Of a DNA stretch of 64,000 bases, positions 13,248 through 25,850 are shown piece after piece. Under the pieces are notes generated by a model that ran no database searches, was not told the DNA's origin, and was given only the letters and a program-made list of their open reading frames with translations. Location: contig CAUYUJ010000077.1 in assembly GCA_963575745.1 (NCBI GenBank), forward strand, positions 1-64,000, in the 5' to 3' direction. Origin of the DNA: Prorocentrum cordatum (taxonomy: Eukaryota). Every line of letters begins with the position of its first letter. Within the stretch, counting starts at the first letter, position 1. The position numbers and the translations under genes were made by a program.

Positions 13248-13715
13248 CTTCTAAGACAACCACACCAGCTACAACAACAGCAGCAGCAACTGCAATAGCA
13301 GCAGCAACAACACTATCGCTTCTCGGCCCCCCAAAGGGCTCCAAGATAACCCCGAGAATACGCTTCAAGGGTTCCACAGGACCCCCAAAAGAACCTAAGA
13401 GGTCCCCAAGAAACCCCAACAGACCTCAAGAGGCGCCCGAGAGGCCCCCATCAGGCCCGAAGAAGCCGCCCCCCTCCTCCGCGTCCGCATCTCCAGGAGG
13501 TCCATCCCCCCTCTCCCGCCCTCCCCCCCGCCGTCTTGGAGCCACCCAAGAAATCTCCAAGAGGCCCCGAGAGGTCTCCGGATCACCCGGAGGAAGCTTA
13601 AAAAGCTCCCTTGGGGCCTCATTGTGTCTCTCTTGGGCTTTATTAGGGGCTTTTCTAAGAGGGCCCGCAAATTAACACAAACTTGACACAATAATTACGC
13701 TCTCCAATAAAAAGG
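13248..13715 (+). repeat. Local duplication, copy 1 (copy 2 at 15567-16032)
   Basis: ttctaagacaaccac.ccagctacaacaac...tatcgcttctcggccccccaaagggctcc...ttgacacaataattacgctctccaataaa is near-identical in both copies. A partial third copy lies at ~17190-17500. Confidence 0.9.
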
Positions 13716-13720
13716 TGGTT

Positions 13721-14225
13721 AGGACATTCAAGCGGGATGCCTGAGTATGGCGAGAGCGCGATTACTAAGTAAATTGTGACGGCGTCGTTGGCGCAGCGTG
13801 TATCCTGAGCGTCGAAAGCGCGATTTCTGAATAAGTTGCATGGAAGTCACAGGCGAGAGCGAAATTCTTGCATAACATGTGAAGGGTTCTCTGGCGAGAG
13901 CTGGGGTCTTGATGGAATTGCGTAAAATCTTGACTCAATTGCGATGAAGTCTCAAGCGGGAGCGCCGTTCCCGAGTAAATTGTGAGGATGTCTCAGATGG
14001 GAGCGCCGTTCCCGAGTAAAGTGTGAGGAAGTCTCAAATGGGAGCGGGATCCTGAGTAAATTGGAGGAAGTCACAGGCGGGAGCACCTTGTGAGGAAGTC
14101 TCAGGAGCGGGGGGTCCTGAGTAAATTTGGAACAAGTCTCAGGCGGAAACCGTTGTTGTTGTTATCCCGGGGGCCAGGGGCCCAATTTGAACACGAAGAC
14201 TTTCGGGCACACTTTGATTGAGGAT
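13721..14225 (+). repeat. Duplicate of 11894-12410 (internal part of the family C element)
   Basis: ggacattcaagcgggatgcctgagtatggcgagagcgcg ... gaacacgaagactttcgggcaca is colinear and highly similar. Confidence 0.9.
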
Positions 14226-14386
14226 AAAATTATCCCGGCAAAGCAACCTAACAGCGATATGTAGAAGCATATCTGAAAGCATTCCCCTTAAGATTCAGAT
14301 GAAAATCCAGTTGTAGAATTCTGCTCTTCTCGCAGTCGTAGTCGCATTCGCGATGACAGTCGCAGCGGCAACGGCAGTCGCAGTCA

Positions 14387-14716
14387 CAGCCTCAGCCTCA
14401 GCCTGCCTCAGCCTCAGCCTCAGCCTGCCTCAGCCTCAGCCTGCCTCAGCCTCAGCCTCAGCCTGCTTCAGCCTCAGCCTCAGTCTGCCTTCAGCCTCGG
14501 CCTCAGCCTCAGCCTGCCTCAGCCTCAGCCTGCATCAGCCTCAGCCTCAGCCTCAGCCTGCCTCAGCATCAGCCTGCTTCAGCCTCAGCCTCAGCCTGCC
14601 TCAGCCTCAGCCTCAGTCTGCTTCAGCCTCAGCCTCAGTCTGCCTTCAGCCTCGGCCTCAGCCTCAGCCTGCCTCAGCCTCAGCCTGCCTCGGCCGCAGC
14701 ATCAGCCTGCCTCAGC
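14387..14716. repeat. (CTCAGC)n minisatellite with CTGC variants
   Basis: Seen directly. Confidence 0.95.
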
Positions 14717-15290
14717 ATTCAAAATGTGGCCCAGGAATGGAGTTCTGGGAACTAGAAGAACACGAAGTGGCCTACAGTTGGCTCCGGGCATTCAAAATCA
14801 TGCCCAGGAATGGAGTTCTGGGAACTTGAAGAGCACGAAGTGGCCTACAGTTGGCTCCGGGCATCCAAAATGTGGCCCGGGAATGGAATTCTGGGAAATC
14901 GAAGAGCACGAAGTGGCCTACAGCTGGCTCTGGGCATCCAAAATGTGGCCCAGGAATGGAGTTCTGGAACTCGAAGAGCACGAAGTGGCCTACAGCTGGC
15001 TCCGGGCACTCAAAAAGTAGCCCGGGAATGGAGTTCTGGGAGGTCGAAGAGCACGAAAAGTGTGACTGTTGACGAAAAACGAGCCCGGCTCTGTTCCCAG
15101 TTCTCCAGAATGTGGCCCGGGAATGGAGTTCTGGGAGGTCGAAGAGCACGAAGTGTGTGACTGTTGGCGAAAAGCGAGCCCGGCTCTGTTCCCGGTTCTC
15201 CAGAATGTGGCCCGGGAATGGAGTTCTGGGAGGTCGAAGAGCACGAAGTGTGTGACTGCTGGCGAAAAACAATTCCCGGTTCTCCTCCCC
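14717..15290 (+). repeat. Tandem repeat: four ~73 bp units then three ~94 bp variant units
   Basis: Shared core aatgtggccc.ggaatggagttctggga..tcgaagagcacgaagtg; units start at ~14721, 14794, 14867, 14940, 15012, 15108 and 15203. Confidence 0.9.
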
Positions 15291-15310
15291 GGCACCCGGT
15301 GAGGGGGGAA

Positions 15311-15572
<262 letters not shown>

Positions 15573-18259
15573 AGACAACCACCCCAGCTACAACAACAAC
15601 AGCAGCAACTACAATAGCAGCAGCAGCAACAACACTATCGCTTCTCGGCCCCCCAAAGGGCTCCAAGATAACCCGAGAAGGCGCTTCAAGGGTTCCACAG
15701 GACCCCCAAGAGGCCCTAAGAGGTCCCCAATAAACCCCAACAGACCTCAAGAGGCGCCCGAGAGGCCCCCATCAGGCCCGAAGAAGCCGCCCCCTCCTCC
15801 GCGACCGCATCTCCAGGAGGTCCATCCCCCCTCTCCCGCCCTCCCCCCCGCCGTCTTGGAGCCCCCCAAGAAGTCTCCAAGAGGCCCCGAGGGGTCTCCG
15901 GATCACCCGGAGGAAGCGTAAAAAGTTCCCTTGGGGCCTCATTGTGTCTCTCTTGGGCTTTATTAGGGGCTCTTCTAAGAGGGCCCAGAAGTTAACACAA
16001 ACTTGACACAATAATTACGCTCTCCAATAAAGAGGCGGTTTGTTTTAAATGTGGTTTGAATTATTGGCCCTCTTGGAGGCCTCTTCGGGCCGTCAGAGGG
16101 CTCCAAGAGGGCCCAGGAGGTCTGCGGATCACCCGGAGATGGTGCTGCAGCATCTCCGGTTGACCTGGAGACTTTTTGGAACCCTCTTGGAATCTTCTCG
16201 GGGCCCTCTTGGAGCCGCTTTGCACGCTCCCAAGCCGTCCTGGAGCCACCCAGGAGAGCTCCAAGAGGGCCCCGAGAGGTCTCCGGGTCACCCAAAGACG
16301 GTGTTGCAGCATTTCCAGGTGGCCGCGAGACTTTCCAGGACCCGCTTGAGGTCTTCACGGGGCCCTCTTGGGCCCCCAGCAGGCCCCCAAGAGACCCGAA
16401 GGGCCCTCCAAGACGCCCTAAGAAGCCTCCAAGAAGTCTCAACAGACCTCAGGAGGCGCCCAAGAGGCCCCTATCAGGCCCCAAGAAACCTCCAGCAGGC
16501 CCCCAAGAGGCCCCCCAAAGAGGCTCGTCGATCGCTTCAGGCATAGACGAATTCGTACAATCTTCGGATGCATGGTGACCCTGGCCCCGCGTCTACTTGC
16601 GAAGGCTCTCCGCATGCCCCCACGCCGCTTCACAAGAGGCGATCCTGATGGACAAAATCTCACAACGTGAGTTCGGGTGGCCCCTTGGGTCTCATTGTGG
16701 GGCCGTCCTGGGGGCCTCTTGGGCCGCATTGTGGGCCTCATGGGTTGTCTTGGTGCCCTCGTGGGTCGTCTTGGGGCCCTCTTCGGGGCCTCTTGGGCCA
16801 TCATGGGGCGATCCTGGTGGCCTCTTGGACCTTGGACCTTCTTGGAACGCTGAAACCCCGTACAAGCGACAATGCTAAATCCTTCAAAAAACAATTGAGC
16901 AATTGTGGTGTGGGCCTCTTGGACCCTGGAGCCCCCAGGGGGTCCTCTTGGAGCTCCCCAGAGGAGTCTGCAGGGTCTCTTTGGCCGTCTTGAAGCCACT
17001 GTGAGCGTCTTGGAGCGCTCTGGGGCCGTCTCGGAGCCCTCTTAGAGCAGCGCAATCGCACTCGGAGCTCACGCGAAGTCTTTGGATACCTCAGGCTGGA
17101 AACCTCCTGAAGGCCCTCCGAACCTCACGCCGAGCCCCGCAAGAGGAAGCAATTGTACAAAGAGTGGATACATGGTGACCCCCCCGCGAGGAAGCTAAAA
17201 AAACTCTCTTCGGGCTTCATTGTGTCTCTCTTGGGCTTGATTCAGGGTTTTTTAAGAGGGCCCGGAAATTAACACAAACTTGATACAATTATTACGCTCT
17301 CCAAGAAAGAGGCGGTTTGTTTTAAATGTGCGTTGAATTCTTGGCCCTCGTGGAGGCCTCTTCGGGCCGTCAGAGAGGGCCCAGGAGGGCCATAAGAGGG
17401 CCCCAAAATGGCTCCAAGAGGACCCAATACAAGACGCGCTACAATAAGACGCTCTCCAATAAAGAGGCGGTTTGTTTTAAATGTGCGTTGAATTCTTGGC
17501 CCTCTCGGAGACCTCTTAAAGGCCGTCAGAGGGCTCCCGCAAGGCCCCAAGAGGCCCAGGGGGCCCCGCGAGGGTCCACACCAGCACCAGCACCACGGGC
17601 AGCCCAGGCAGCGCCAGCAGCATCGACGCCAGCAACAACAGCAACAGCTGTAGCAACAACCACCGCAACGGAAAGATGATTCCAAGATGGACCCAACAGG
17701 GCTTTGAAAGAATCACGAGATTACCCCTGTCGCCCCAATGTGCCCACCCCTGCTAAGCGATGGCCCCTATATGACTCCAACGCGACCCTGCGGCCCCAAG
17801 AGAACACGAGACGAACCCATTGTCTTCCGACTGAACTAAGGCTACCGCGTGACCCCGATGTTGCTCCGAGGTGGCCCAGGGACGACCCTATGAACCCGAG
17901 ACGATTTCATTATTACCCCAAGATGACCCCTGCAAACCCTGATTAACCCCAAGATTGTGTCAATGTGGCTCCAATGTGACTCCGATGCGTTTCTTTCTTC
18001 TGCCGTTGCTCCTGGTTTGGGCCGATAAGACGGATAGGGGTGCCGACCCTCCGCCCCCTCGTCGTTGTTTTCCTCCTCCTCCCCCCTCGTCCTCGTCGCC
18101 CTCGTCGTCGTCCCCGTCGTCGCTGTCCGCCTGGCCCCCTTGCCCCATTCATGGTAGAAAACCAAATCGTCAGCACAAACCAAGTCCATCCATTCTCGGA
18201 TGTGATCAAAAATATGCGTCACAAAAGCACACAGGCACGAAACATCGTCGTGAGACGAT

Positions 18260-18304
18260 TTTCCTATTGTTGAATACTCCTCCTGTAAAGGGACCTGCCT
18301 GACG
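18260..18304. mobile_element. MITE family A right end only
   Basis: ttgaatactcctcctgtaaagggacctgcctgacg-TA matches the right TIRs at 3239 and 54972. Confidence 0.6.
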
Positions 18305-20834
18305 TAAGGCCAGCCGCCGCGCGCTGGGGACGGACGTGAAGCGGGCAGCCCCGTGCAGTCCCGCTGCGCCTGGGGCCCCCCATCGGCGGTGGACAAACCT
18401 CCCTTTAGTACACCTCCCCTTAGTGAAAACGGCCTGGGACCGAAACCGACGGACCTCGACCCACAAACATGACGTCCGCGACGCCCTCTCGCGAACCGAA
18501 CACGGCCTATTCGCTAATCGACGTGTCAGGGTAGGAGGTCTATCCACCTCCGACCCCATAGTAGGCGGGCCCCTGAGACGCTCCTGGGGGGCCACGAGGG
18601 GGACGGCCCAGGCTCCACGCGCTGGCGGCGCGAACGGGCCGTCGGGCAGTACTGCACGTCGTGGGCCCCGGACACGACAAGGACTTTTTTTGTTACTGGT
18701 GCAGTGTTTCCGTCCCTGCTGCCCGTTCCGTCGCCGTTGTTGTTGCCGGTTCCGGCTCCGGTTCCAATTCTGGAGGCGTCTTTTTGCCGTTTCCACTTGC
18801 CGCTGTTCCGCTGCTGCGGTGTTCCAGAGACACTTCTTCGGCTGCGGTGAAAAAAAACGGCCCAGCCGTTTCCACGAAGGTCCTGTGGCGCGTGGAACCC
18901 CTGGGAGGCCCAGAAACCCTGGGAGCCCCTGGGCGGAGGTCAGGAAGCCCTGGGACCCTCTGCAGAGCTCCTGGGCAGCCCAAGGCAACACCTGTCGGCT
19001 GCAAGCAAGAGCGGCCCTCGGCAAGGGTGCGATCTCTGGTGCGCGGCTGGCCGGTTGCCAGGTGTGGTGCGACGGCAGCGGCCCGCGTGCTTGGGTTCGG
19101 TCGGTCCTCGCACGACCCCCCATCGTCGCGCACCACGGATCTCTCCGGCGAGGAATTGCTCCCGCTGGCAGTCGGCCGTGGGAGGCCGCGGCCCCTCCCG
19201 AGAGACCCGGGGGAGGGGGGCTCCCGGGAAGCACTGGGGGGCCCCAGGAGCGCCGAGCCCTTCCATGCATCCTGTGCGGGCCCTGCCCGTGTACGAGGTT
19301 GCACATCCAAGCCGGCCTGCTTCATGCGTTCCTGCCCGCGCGTCCGTCAGGGATGCAGAAGGCTGCGGGCAGACAGACAGGCAGGAAGCGCTGGGAGAGG
19401 CCCCTGCGGCAGCCGGGAAGGCCCGGGGGGGGGGGCCCTCTGGGGGGGGGGGGGGGGCACGCTGGGCTCATGAAGGGGAAGGGGCCCAGGAGCACACAAA
19501 GAAATACGTACTTTCTCGCATGTTCGTGAGGTTCGTTCTCCCCCCCCCAGATCTTCCCACACTCTCCAATACTTTCTGGAGAATCGACGATCATTTGTGT
19601 CTGTTTCGTTCCCCCTTCCGAATAAAGGCCGCCCACGGCGCCACCAACATCGAAAACCGACGGGGCTGACCGCGACGGCAACGACACCGGCCGAAAACGA
19701 TGGGCCGCAGGCCGCCTGGAAGGGCGCAGCGACGCTCAGCGGCGAGCGAGGGGGGAGGAAGCGAGGGGGAGAAGGCATCCTCGGAAGGCGGCGGGACTTC
19801 TCAGAAGCCCCCATCGCGCCCTCTGAGCAGCCTTCTGCGACTTCAGGGAAGGCTCAGGAAACTCCTTAGAAGGCTGGGGGGACTTCCGAGCCTTCTGAGA
19901 AGCCCCTCCCCTTCTCACTTCCCCCCGGGATCGCCGCCGAGACACAGCAACGACACGGCAGCCGACCCAACGAGTCCGACTGCGACGCAGCAGAACCGAC
20001 CGAGCCGCGGACACCCATTCATCTTCCCTGGGAGGCTGTGAAGAGCCCACGGAGGAGGAGGAGGAGGAGGAGGAGGAGGAGGCGGCGGAGGAGGAGGGAG
20101 GAGGAGGGAGGGAGGAGGGGGAAGGAGGAGGAGGAGGAGGAGGAGGAGGAAGAGGAGGAGGAGAAGGAGGAGGAGGAGGAGTGACACCTCCTGGTGGGTC
20201 GGACGACAGGGGGGGATAGGATAAGAGAGAGTTCGCGAGACAGCTCACGTAACTGACTTTCGCGGCGCCTCCTGGCGCATTGTGGCACTGGCTTCCGCGG
20301 AAAGCCGTTCGAGGAGTCGTTCGAAGGGCGGCGCTCGCCACACCACGGGGGCGGTAAGTGCCAGGCTGCGAGGCGTCGATGTGTTCGGGGCCAGGACCTT
20401 GCATCCTACACCTCTCTACGATGGCCACATCAGATGATTAGCTTGCGCGATGTTATCTGGTTGCAACGCTCAATCATCGCAAACACTGGTCACAAGAATG
20501 GAGTTGTTTGCCGGTTGTTGCATTCGCGGTGGCTTTCTGCCGGCGTGGTGCTGCCATAGGTGAATTCTTGCATGCTCGCGGCGCTCAATACCTAAGTTCC
20601 TAGAGGCTGGCCGATTTATGCGAGCATAGCACCTGGGTCAAAGGACGCATCCCAAATGCGAAAGGCCAGAAAGCTAAACAGAGCGGTCCAAACCCTTGCG
20701 GTCGCCAGACTCCGGAGGGTGTAGTGGATGCGCTGGCTTCTGAGGAAGAGGGGCGGAAATTTCGCGACAGGGGCGGGATCTCAGAGTGGCATCTTGGCGC
20801 CGTTCGGGATATGAAACATCACATGAGCCACGAT

Positions 20835-21005
20835 CAAAAACGGGTCTTACGCGAGATGATACAGCGACCTTACGCGGTGGCTTACGCGGGCCGCCAGCGC
20901 GGCACGCTACAGTTGAGACGAAGGCGCTTACGCGCGACCTTACGCGGGCAGCTTACGCGCCAATGTCGGCGCAAACGACCCCGTTTTCTTTCGTCGCTCA
21001 CATGG
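20835..21005 (+). repeat. Dispersed repeat with CTTACGCG motifs (copies at ~21385-21510 and ~33070-33240)
   Basis: accttacgcggtggcttacgcgggccg...cttacgcgcgaccttacgcgggca...atgtcggcgca is shared among the three copies. Confidence 0.8.
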
Positions 21006-21805
21006 AGAGCGATTGCGGTAGATTGGAGGTTCGTCCCGCCCTGAAATAAGGGAAAAGGAAGCCCCTTCGACTCTTGAAGCAGCAGAGCGCTCAAAGTACA
21101 TCGGATTCGGAGCACCAAGCCAAGGTCACAGGAGGGGGCTGGGGCCTCGGGAAGGTCAGTGCGAGGCCATGGCCGTCCGCGGCGACGCCAGCATCGAACA
21201 CCGACCAGGTCGACAGCGAACCGATAGCCGACCGAAGCAAACAGACCGAGGCAACCTAGAACCTAGAAGAACACAACGACGAAACAAGAGCACGACGACC
21301 GACCGAACCGAACCGATCGAATGAACGCAACCGACCGCGACGCAACCGGACCGACCGATCCTCGGACACCCTTGGAGGCTCATGCGAATGGCATCGTGAC
21401 CTTACGCTGTGGCTGACGCAGGTCGACGGCGCGGCACGCCAGTGGAGACGAGGGCGCTCACGCGCGACCTTACGTGAGCAGTTTACGCGCGAATGTCGGC
21501 GCAGTTGAACCTGTTTTTTCGGGGGCGCGCAAACATGGATTAGCGATCCATGTAATTGGCGCGCGGTCACCAAATCTATGGATCGGGGAGGTGCCCTCCC
21601 CAATATGCGGCCGGTGCCGCCTCGCTCGGCGGCGGAAATCCGCGAGTTCCCATGGAAACGGGACCCGTCGCTAATCCACGCCCCCTTGATCCATGTTTGC
21701 GATCGCCCCATGTTTGTTTTTCCGCTCATGTGAGTTCTCTCGGGCGAGGTCCAGCCGCCGCCCCCTCGAGTCCTACGGCTCCCCCCCCCGCGGGCACCGC
21801 ACGGC

Positions 21806-21871
21806 CTTGGCCCCGCTCGCGAGCTCGAAGAGCCTGGTCTGCCTCTCCACCACGTGGCGGATCTCGCGCTC
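21806..21871 (-). CDS. Putative micro-exon (EREIRHVVERQTRLFELASGAK)
   Basis: Acceptor ccccag|GAG, donor AAG|GC; 66 bp, phase 0/0, strongly GC3-biased codons. Confidence 0.6.
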
Positions 21872-22577
21872 CTGGGGGGCGCGCCGGGGGCGGGCGGGCG
21901 AGCGGGCGGCGCCTGCGGGCGCGCGGCAGGCAGTGGCAAACCGAAGCTGCAACATCTGCACCCCGCCGTCGGGCTGCAAACTTGACTTGTCCGCCGTCGA
22001 GGACGCCTGCCCCCCGGGCGGCTGCAGAGTTCGTGCCCCTACGCGGCACCGCAGGGGCGTAAACTTTGCAGCCGCCCGGGGGGGCAGGCGTCCATGACGG
22101 CGGACGTGTCTCTTCTGTATCGCTCTTCGCCCGCTCACTCCATGCCCCGTGCCTTTGTTGGTCCGCGCGTGCTGTTTTGTTCGCCAATGGATCCAGGATG
22201 ATCTTCGATGGCCCTCGCCGAGAAAACATGCACAACACGTCCGAGCGATGCCAAGTCTGAGATGGGGCCGCCTCGGCGCGCCGCCCACGGGTGTGATAGT
22301 TTCTTTTATCACCCGAAATTGCTTTTGCTCATCACACTTGAGCCGAGCATCGTTGCCACTGCAGCTCGTGTTTGCACACAGTCTGCGTGAGTTGCTGCAG
22401 GCGTGCAGGTGTGCATGAGTGCATCACGGTGCGCGACTACGCGCTGCGAGCCGCGGCCGCCGAGGCTCGAGTCCAGAAGTCACAAGGCACGTCCTGGAGC
22501 CAGGCGGAACAATTGCGCAGTCACAGCTGGATAGCTCTTTGGTATCATCGGGCGACCTGGAGACCCCCTGAACGCAG

Positions 22578-22722
22578 GTGGCCTCACCTAGGTCCCCGCC
22601 TTCGCATCAGAGAGAATACTTGTAGGCGGTTTGGCCTGATACATCTGCAGATTATACCCCCTATCCCTGATGTTTCTGGCCCCAATAGCTTAGGTCCCCT
22701 CCCAAAGGGTTAGGGATACTTT
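22578..22722 (+). repeat. Dispersed repeat (second copy at ~28852-28996)
   Basis: gtggcctcac.taggtccccgccttcgcat...cggtttggcctgatac..ctgcag...ccccctatccct...cccctcccaaa is shared. Confidence 0.8.
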
Positions 22723-22759
22723 TTTGGGTTTTATCAATTGGGCGGCCTGCATCATACGT

Positions 22760-22960
22760 GAGGACCACATCCCAGAAGCACTTTCGCGCACCCAGAAAAG
22801 TATGGATGACTACCTACCAGACCACCCCAACCCAACCCGAAGACCCGAATTAGGCTCCATATGTGTTTTCCGATGTTCCCGGACCCCCCCACACTGGAAA
22901 TGGATGGCAAATTGAGGCCTTCGGGTTGGGTTGGGGTGTCTTGGTGGGTGGTGAGAAACA
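22760..22960 (+). repeat. Dispersed repeat with short inverted arms (copy at ~53298-53342 plus 53630-53795)
   Basis: Inverted pair accccaacccaacccgaag / cttcgggttgggttggggt; both loci share ggctccatat.tgtgtt..cgatgttcccggacccccc. Confidence 0.75.
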
Positions 22961-23849
22961 GTGTCTGCCCGACGCGCGAGCGGAAGCATCAAACGAGCAC
23001 CACCTCCCAGGAACCGGCGCCTGAAAGCCCTCCAGTTCTGGTACTTCCCCGGTGCTCGATATTATTTCTAGTGATCATTGCTAAAGTGCAGTGGAAATCT
23101 ATGGTGAAGTCGGGTTGGAAGGACGCAGGGGCGTTGGATGCCGAAATGGACACTGTTTGGGCGGTGGACTGCCGATGCCCTGAAGGACTGGCCGAGGAAA
23201 ACCGCGGAGGACGGGCCGCAGGGGCAAGGATGCAAGGGTACCCTGAGGACATCCGTGCGTCCTTACTATGATAGGGGAACGAAACATGGCATAACCATAG
23301 AAACTCGGAGGTCCGCGCGGATTGCTCGGATCGGCGCTGGACCCCCCTCCCTGGCGCGCGCCAGGGGCGGCGCCACGGGCGCCGCCAGGGGGGTCCAGCG
23401 CGGGTCCAGCGCGGTCCAGTGCGGTCCACCTCCGAGTTTTTGCGTTCATGTCACTGTTCGTTCCCCACATCTGAAAGACCTGGCTGCAGGTCAGACTCTC
23501 AGAACCCCATGGTGAAGGGGCCCTGGGACACACAAATAAATACACACAAATAAAAGGATTTCCCATATTTTCCCATATTTTCTGGGTTTCTGTATTCCCC
23601 CCCACTTCCCATATTTTCCCATATTTTCCTGGGGGTCGTCGATTAATTGTGTCTGTGTGTTTTTTCCCCTCCTGACATGGGCGCATCGGAGCGGCCGCGC
23701 GCGGCGCGGCCCCGCCCTGCCCCTGCGGGCGGCTCGCGCGGGGCGGCGCGTCGCGCTCCTGCCGCAGCCGCGCCCTCCGGGGCGCGAGCCGCAGGGGGTC
23801 CTGGCCCGGCCCCCATGGGCAGAGGAGAAGACGAGGCCAGGACGAGAAT

Positions 23850-23962
23850 CCTCCTCCTCCTCCTCCTCCTCCTCCTCCTCCTCCTCCTCCTCCTCCTCCT
23901 CCACCACCACCACCAACCACCACCACCACCACCACCACCATCACCATCACCATCACCATCAC

Positions 23963-24051
<89 letters not shown>

Positions 24052-24370
24052 GCATCATCATCATCATGATCATCAGCATCGTCATCATCAGCATCATCAG
24101 CATCATCAGCATCATCATCAGCAGCAGCATCATCATGGTCAGCATACCCTCCTCCTCCCCCGTCCTCCTCCCCCTCCTGCTCCTCCTCCTCCCCCTCCTC
24201 CTCCTCCTCCTCCTCCTCCTCCTCCTCCTCCTCCTCTTCCTCCTCCTCGTCCTCCTCCAATCCTCCCATCCTCCTCCAATCCTCTTCCTCCTCCAATCCT
24301 CCTCCTCTTCCTCCTGCTCCTCCTCTTCCTCCTGTCCCTCCTCCTCGTCCTCCTCCAATCCTCCCATCCT
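23850..24370. repeat. Compound (CCT)/(CAC)/(CAT) microsatellite
   Basis: Seen directly. Confidence 0.95.
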
Positions 24371-24835
24371 CCTGCTCCTCTGGCCCCGGGGGCAGAGACT
24401 ACGACGAGGCCAGGACGCGGGGCACCTGCGCATCGAGGGCGGCGCAGCTCTCCCGCGGGGCCGCGGCGCAACTCTCCGGCCCGCGGGTTGGCTGGGAGCC
24501 CAGCCGGGCCGTGCGTCCCGCCCCACGGCCGGGACGAGGACGTCGTCAGGCACTCGCTGCGTCGGCGGCCGGGCAGTGCGGCGACTCGTGCCAGCATGCG
24601 AGGAGGAGGAGGGGGCGGGACAGAAGGGACGGCCGCAGGGAGGAGGGGAGAGGCGCGAGGCCGCTCCGGGGGCCGGGTCACGCCTGGAGCGCGCGGCGCG
24701 GCTGGCCAAGCACGGACTGCATCGAACACAGGAGGGAGGGAAAAGCGGCAGAGCGCCCGCCTCGGGCAAGCATGAGACGCCAGGATCTCGAGGTCCTCCC
24801 ACCTCCTGCCCCCCCCGCCACCCCCGCTGCGACGA

Positions 24836-24993
24836 GGGCAGGACGAGGATAAACTCGGATGAGGATAAATCGGGACTGAGATCCGGCGGCTCTGGAGGAT
24901 GTCTCGGGCGCCGCGGCCTACTCAGAGCGTTCCGGACCTCTCTGAGAGCGTTCCGGAGCGCTCCGGAACGGAGCTTATCCTCGTCCTGGCCCC
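24836..24993. mobile_element. MITE-like element with short TIRs; inverted relative at ~26837-26985
   Basis: Arms gggcaggacgaggataa / ttatcctcgtcctggccc. The internal gagcgttccgga repeats and ggaggatgt..gggcgccgcggcc recur in reverse orientation at 26.85-26.95 kb. Confidence 0.65.
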
Positions 24994-25368
24994 GTCCGAG
25001 AGGAGGGCGGGTCCTGGATCACGAAGTCGGGAGGCAACTCCTGGGAGGTCTTCGCAAGAACGAGTAAGGGTTACTAGTACTAGACCGAACTAATGGTCGA
25101 CGAGGCCGGATCGGGCGGGATTCAGCTCGAAACAAAGACGGGCCCAACAGGATTAGGAAATTTGAGCCAGAACATACCGGATTAGGGCAGATCCCGACCA
25201 CGGACATACCAGCGCCGATGCTGAATTTGCCCGCTCGGCATCCTGAGGAGATCAACGGGGCGGAGGGCAGATAACGAAGGAGGGAAGGAAGGCGTCACTG
25301 GCAAACAAACATCGCTCCTCGCCACAGTGAGAGCCCGTCCGACACTCGGTTCTTCGCCGCGTTCCGTA

Positions 25369-25540
25369 CAGTCAAAAACCTAATAAGGACGCGCGGTAAG
25401 GACGCAAGACCTTTGGAAGTCGAAGTTGGGATTTTGGGGGCGGCGGACGACGAAAACCTCAAGGACGCAAGAGCAAGGAAGAGCAAGGACGCAAGGGTAC
25501 CCTGAGCAAAGTCGCGCGTCCTTATTAGGGTTTTTGACTG
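25369..25540. mobile_element. MITE family B, best-preserved copy (172 bp, Tc1/mariner-pogo type)
   Basis: 27-28 bp TIRs CAGTCAAAAACC(C)TAATAAGGACGCGCG, with a TA duplication at 25367-68 and 25541-42. Confidence 0.9.
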
Positions 25541-25679
25541 TATCTGGTGCTCCCTCCATGACTTTCCATCTGTCGGACTCTCGAACGCACCTGCACAGTG
25601 CGTGTCGCTTCCGCAGGGGTGGCGCGCACACTGCACATGTCTTTGCAGGGTGAGCGCAGTGGCGGGCGTGGTACCAATG

Positions 25680-25850
25680 GAGGCCAGTCCACAAGGCACC
25701 TCCCACAAGAGACCCGACCCTGAGACCCCAGGACGTCCATGATTGATTTTCGGTGAGGAACGTCCTGCCTTCCACAGCAGAGCCATCGAAGCCATCGAAA
25801 CCCAGGGCACGCACCCTGGAGGCAAGCAGGGTGTCTCTTGGCATCGGCCG
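25680..25850 (+). repeat. Dispersed repeat family E (copies at ~54680-54815, 58200-58362 and 58928-59086)
   Basis: ccagtccacaag...accc.accctgag.cccca.gacgtccatg...ccatcgaaaccca...cctggaggcaagcagggtgt.tcttggcat is shared. Confidence 0.85.

Noticed and set aside
14717..15290. CRISPR-like array
   Set aside because: The intervening sequences are repeated rather than unique, there are no cas genes, and the context is eukaryotic.
18206..19669. Overlapping 200-400 aa ORFs
   Set aside because: The Arg/Pro/Gly-rich translations are open in most frames because of high GC, with no recognisable motifs.
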